Shown: piece after piece, positions 60,277 to 64,000 of the stretch | Layout: every line of letters begins with the position of its first letter | Position numbering within the stretch: the first letter of the stretch is position 1 | From: Squalus acanthias | Lineage: Eukaryota | Assembly (NCBI GenBank): GCA_030390025.1 | Contig: CM059431.1 | Coordinates: 134,480,001-134,544,000 of the forward strand | Length of the DNA stretch: 64,000 nucleotides | Direction: 5' to 3' | Position numbers and translations under genes: made by a program | Notes under the pieces: generated by a model | Database searches by the model: none | The model's input: the letters and a program-made list of their open reading frames with translations, nothing else | Told to the model about the DNA's origin: nothing

Positions 60277-61360
60277 ACTTGTTAGCAAAATTGAAGCCCA
60301 TGGGATTAAAGAGGCAGTGGCTGCATGGATACGAAATTGGCAAAGGGACAGAAAGGAAAGAGTGGTGATGAATGGTTGTTTTTCAGACTGGAGGGAAGTA
60401 TACAGTGGTGTCCCCCAGTGGTCGGTATTATGACCACTGCTCTTTTTGATATATATTAATGGTCTGGACTTGGATATACAGGGCATAATTTCAAAGTTTG
60501 CAGATGATATGAAACTTAGAAGTGTAGCAAACAGTGAGGAGGATAGTAACAGATTTCAGGAGGACAAGACTGACTGGTGAAATGGGCAGACACATGGCAG
60601 ATGAAATTTAATGCAGAGAAGTGTGAAGCGATTCATTTTTGTAGGTAGATTGAGGAGAGGCAATATAAACAAAATGGTATCATTTTAAAGAGGGTGAAGG
60701 AACAGAGAGACCATTGAATCTTTGAAGGTGACAGGGCAAGTTGAGAAGGCTGTTTAAAAAAAACATACGGGATCCTTGGCTTTATAAGTAAGGAAGTTAT
60801 GCTAAACCTTTACAAAACACTAGTTAGACCCCAGCTGGAATATTATGGCCAATTCTGGGCACCACACTTTAGGAAGGATGTTAAGGCCTTGGGGATGGTG
60901 CAAATGAGGTTTACTAGAATGGTACCATGGGTAAGGGACTTCAGTTATGTGGAGAGACTAGAGAAGCTGGGATTGTTCTCCTTAGAGCAAAGATGGTTAA
61001 GGGGAGATTTGATAGAGGTGTTCAAAATCATTATGGGTTTTGATAGAGTAAATAAGGATAAACTGCTTCCAGTGACAGAAGTGCAAATAACCAGAGGAAA
61101 CCGTTTTAAGGTAATTGGCAAAAGAACCAGAGGCGACTTGAGGAAATATTTTTTCACACAGCAAGTTGTTATGATCTGGAATGCACTGCCTGAAAGGGAA
61201 GCAGATTCAATAGTAACTTTCAAAAGGGAATTGGATAAATACTTGAAGGAGAAAAAGGGCAGGAGAGTGGGACTAATTGGATAGGTCTTTCAAAGAGCTG
61301 GCACAGGCATGATGGGCTGAATGGCCTCCTTCTGTGTTGTATCATTTTATGATTCTATGA
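60277..61360 (+). mobile_element. Degenerate CR1 LINE 3' part
   Basis: ORF 60799..61284; TTCTATGA tail. Confidence 0.85.
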
Positions 61361-61652
61361 AGAAAAACGTTTCCAACAAGGAATTCAAAGGAGGACTTCA
61401 ATCTTGAGAATCTGCTGATAATCAAACTCCACAAGCTTTACTATCACAATTTTGGGCATCTTCAGAACCATTCCACAAAATACATTATGCTATTACATTC
61501 ACCAACATAAAGATGTACAAAACAATGCAACATCGAATTATTTTACTGTTCAATTGACACTTTTAACATAACATCATTTGTGTGAAAGTGCAAATAAAAC
61601 TTCCAACAACTCGAAGTAAATCAGGTATTGTGTTCCTTTCAGTACTACTTAC

Positions 61653-61738
61653 GTAAATATCTGGTAGATATCTTCAGATCTTCCTTTACGCAATCGAAGC
61701 AACCACGCTCCTGGATTTGCTTTCAACTGAAAGTAACC
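61653..61738 (-). CDS. UGGT2: UGGT2 coding exon (GYFQLKANPGAWLLRLRKGRSEDIYQIF+2 nt)
   Basis: Manual minus-strand translation matches the conserved UGGT GYFQLKANPGAW motif; AG acceptor at 61740-61739, GTAAGT donor at 61652-61647; 86 nt, phase joins the next exon. Confidence 0.93.
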
Positions 61739-62329
61739 CTTTAAAAATGAAAATTGAGGTTCAGAAAATCTTACAACTCATCAGGAAAATGGAATTTGTC
61801 TTTTATATTGAACCCATAATCAGTGTTCATGTGGTGTTCTTCAATACATTGGAATGTACGGTAGGGGCTGTCTCACACAGACCAGTTTGGTTCACACAGA
61901 AAGGATTAAAAAAATTACAAGAATTATACATATTCTAATATGTCGATATTTACCAGTGAATTAGGGGACACTTCATTTTATAACAACAGGGGTGTTATGC
62001 CATGCAGAAGTATCATCAGGATTTATGATAAGTCAAATGTAATCATAAATTTTTAAGATGCTTTGGAAATGAATTCCACACTCTGTCTATTTTTACTTGA
62101 AAGCCATAATTATTTAAGTATATGTTCTTTTACCTATATATTTGCTTTTTTAAGTATCTTAATTTTTGAACCCAGAAGGTTGTGGACAACATACAGCAGA
62201 TTGGAGGTGGTATGATATTTTTGCTCAGTGGCAGCACGTTGCGGAAGCACTGGCGATGGATGTTTAGTATATGCCAGAACTGTAAAGGTAAGGTTCCTGA
62301 GGCGTGCACGTACTGGGACATCGTGTCAG

Positions 62330-62536
62330 TCTTGTGCTCCAGCTCTAGCCAAGCTGTTCCAGTACAGCTACAACACTGGCATCTATCCGACAATGTGGAA
62401 AACTGCCCAGGTATGTCCTGTCCACAAAAAGCAGGACAAATCCAATCCGGCCAATTACCGCCCCATCAGTCTACTCTCAATCATCAGCAAAGTGATGGAA
62501 GGTCTCACCAACAGTGCTATCAAGCAGCACTTACTC
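62330..62536 (+). mobile_element. Non-LTR RT fragment interrupted by an LTR element
   Basis: LAKLFQYS...WKTAQVCPVHKK...NYRPISLLS in ORF 62228..62629. Confidence 0.8.
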
Positions 62537-62538
62537 CC

Positions 62539-63525
62539 TGTAGCCAGTTCCTGCAGCAAGATCGCATTCAACTTAAATAATACCAACATTAAAGGCTCAA
62601 ACGGCTGGACTGCAAAGGCAGTTTTGTGAAATTGACCAATCATAACAAACTGACCAAACTTCGTATCCCAGCATAACATGAGGAACCAACGAGACTTTTA
62701 AAAGGAATTTGTAATAAACGCTCTGGATTAAACAGCATAAGAACCACAGACACGACTCTTTTACTTCATGAATATGCTAACCAAGGAAGTGGCTGGAACA
62801 ATCAAACACACAACGGCATGTGTTTGTGTAAATTCAACTGACTATCCTGTCCAGCGAAACTCCTTGGTCCAGCTGTTAACCAGACCTACAATTGGTTCCA
62901 CCGAGTCTGGAACGGCTCCCTCATCTTTTGGAAATGTTAATGCCAGGATTGTCGTTGGATTGAAACCCTTTCACTAATCTTTCAAACTGCTGATAAGCAA
63001 GGAAGTGTCTAATCAAGACATTTCTGTGTGTGATAATGGTCGAACATCAAACAGGATGAAGACATTTCTTTGCGTATTGTATGGTTTGAAATCGAACAGA
63101 ATGACAGAAAGACGAGATTAAGATGGTACAATCAAAAGGGGAAGGGTTTGCGTCAATCTATTGTCACGGGTTTTGATCTTTTGTATTATAAAAGGGTGTG
63201 TTTAGAAACAGAGGGGTGCAACTTGCAAGAAAACTGCGGACGGATTTGATCACCCGTACAGATGGAAACATATTCCTCCACATGATCGCCGGGGTGAGTG
63301 GTGTTTGAAATTAAAGAGTTAAGGGGAACAGTGTATGTTCGTATTGTTTGGAGTTATAAGGGAACAGTGCATTGACGTTTGTATGTTATTCGTAGTACAA
63401 TAAATAGTTAAAAGCATACTGAGTTGTACTGAGTTTGTGAGCCTTGACCATTTTACTCCACCCGGAATGGGTTCAAGTGAGATTCTGGAATTATAAGACA
63501 GGAGGTGCGGGTTCACCTACCTACA
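62539..63525 (+). mobile_element. 5' LTR of an LTR retroelement or endogenous retrovirus
   Basis: TGTAG...CTACA termini; TATAAAA at 63187; AATAAA at 63399; PBS 7 nt downstream. Confidence 0.8.
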
Positions 63526-63532
63526 GATTAAA

Positions 63533-63550
63533 TGGTGCCCGAACAGGGAC
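63533..63550 (+). promoter_or_regulatory. Primer-binding site for tRNA-Lys(UUU)
   Basis: TGGTGCCCGAACAGGGAC is 17/18 identical to the Lys3 PBS TGGCGCCCGAACAGGGAC. Confidence 0.88.
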
Positions 63551-63555
63551 TTGGT

Positions 63556-64000
63556 ATGGGAAAAATGGAAGATAGGGTAGAGCAGTATTTGGGTAAGAAA
63601 TTACCTTTGAAAGAGGGATGGGTACGAGTCATTGTGGCTGCGTCTGATCCTCTAATAGAAGCTGAGGAATGGGAGAAAACTCCTTGGCCAAGAGAATCCA
63701 AAGTGGGTATGCCGTGTGCGGTTGTTATCATATAGGTGAAAAACGCAACAGATCGTGCAGAAAAATCAGCAATATGAAGAAAGTTTGCAGGAAAAGGATG
63801 AAAGGCTGCAGGAAAAAGATGCAGCAATAGCGAGATTGATGAAAGAATTGTCGGAGGCTAGACAGGAGAGAGAAGAAGAAAGGAAAAAGATGGAGACAAG
63901 GTGCAGCTACCTAGAAGTACAGGCAGTTGATTTGCAAAACCAGTACGGACAATTGCGGGAAGAAGTGGATAGTGAACGGGAAGAAAATAGTCAAGTGTCT
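63556..64000 (+). pseudogene. Putative gag N-terminus (frameshifted), runs off the window
   Basis: ATG just after the PBS (MGKMEDR...); stop at 63733-63735; a second frame is open from 63740 to 64000 with an E/K/Q-rich coiled-coil-like sequence. Confidence 0.55.

Noticed and set aside
5841..61738. UGGT1 instead of UGGT2
   Set aside because: Residues PLAV.KIIF, QYQAL, SFKSKIL and EGTDS favour UGGT2 as I recall the human paralogues; a phylogeny or synteny check would settle it.

Overview
Eukaryotic genomic DNA, most likely from a shark or other cartilaginous fish (inferred from the HE1-like V-SINE, SacSINE1-like DeuSINE and dense CR1 content). The only host gene I can support is UGGT2 (UDP-glucose:glycoprotein glucosyltransferase), on the minus strand. 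Eight exons (61738 down to 5841) splice into one continuous reading frame encoding the C-terminal linker and most of the GT24 catalytic domain; the gene extends beyond both window edges. Introns of up to 18 kb are filled with nested mobile DNA: many CR1 LINE fragments (some young), L2 ends, SINEs, PIF/Harbinger transposons (DDE transposase plus spliced Myb/SANT gene) with a swarm of derived MITEs, a Penelope-like element (RT + GIY-YIG), a solo LTR, and the 5' LTR/PBS/gag start of an LTR retroelement at the right edge. The most notable signal is a family of short, TSD-flanked, Penelope-type insertions carrying minimal hammerhead ribozyme motifs with compensatory covariation; two copies form near-perfect 200-250 bp palindromes inside UGGT2 introns. 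Exon, TIR, TSD and palindrome coordinates were read by hand; boundaries of old LINE fragments are approximate.
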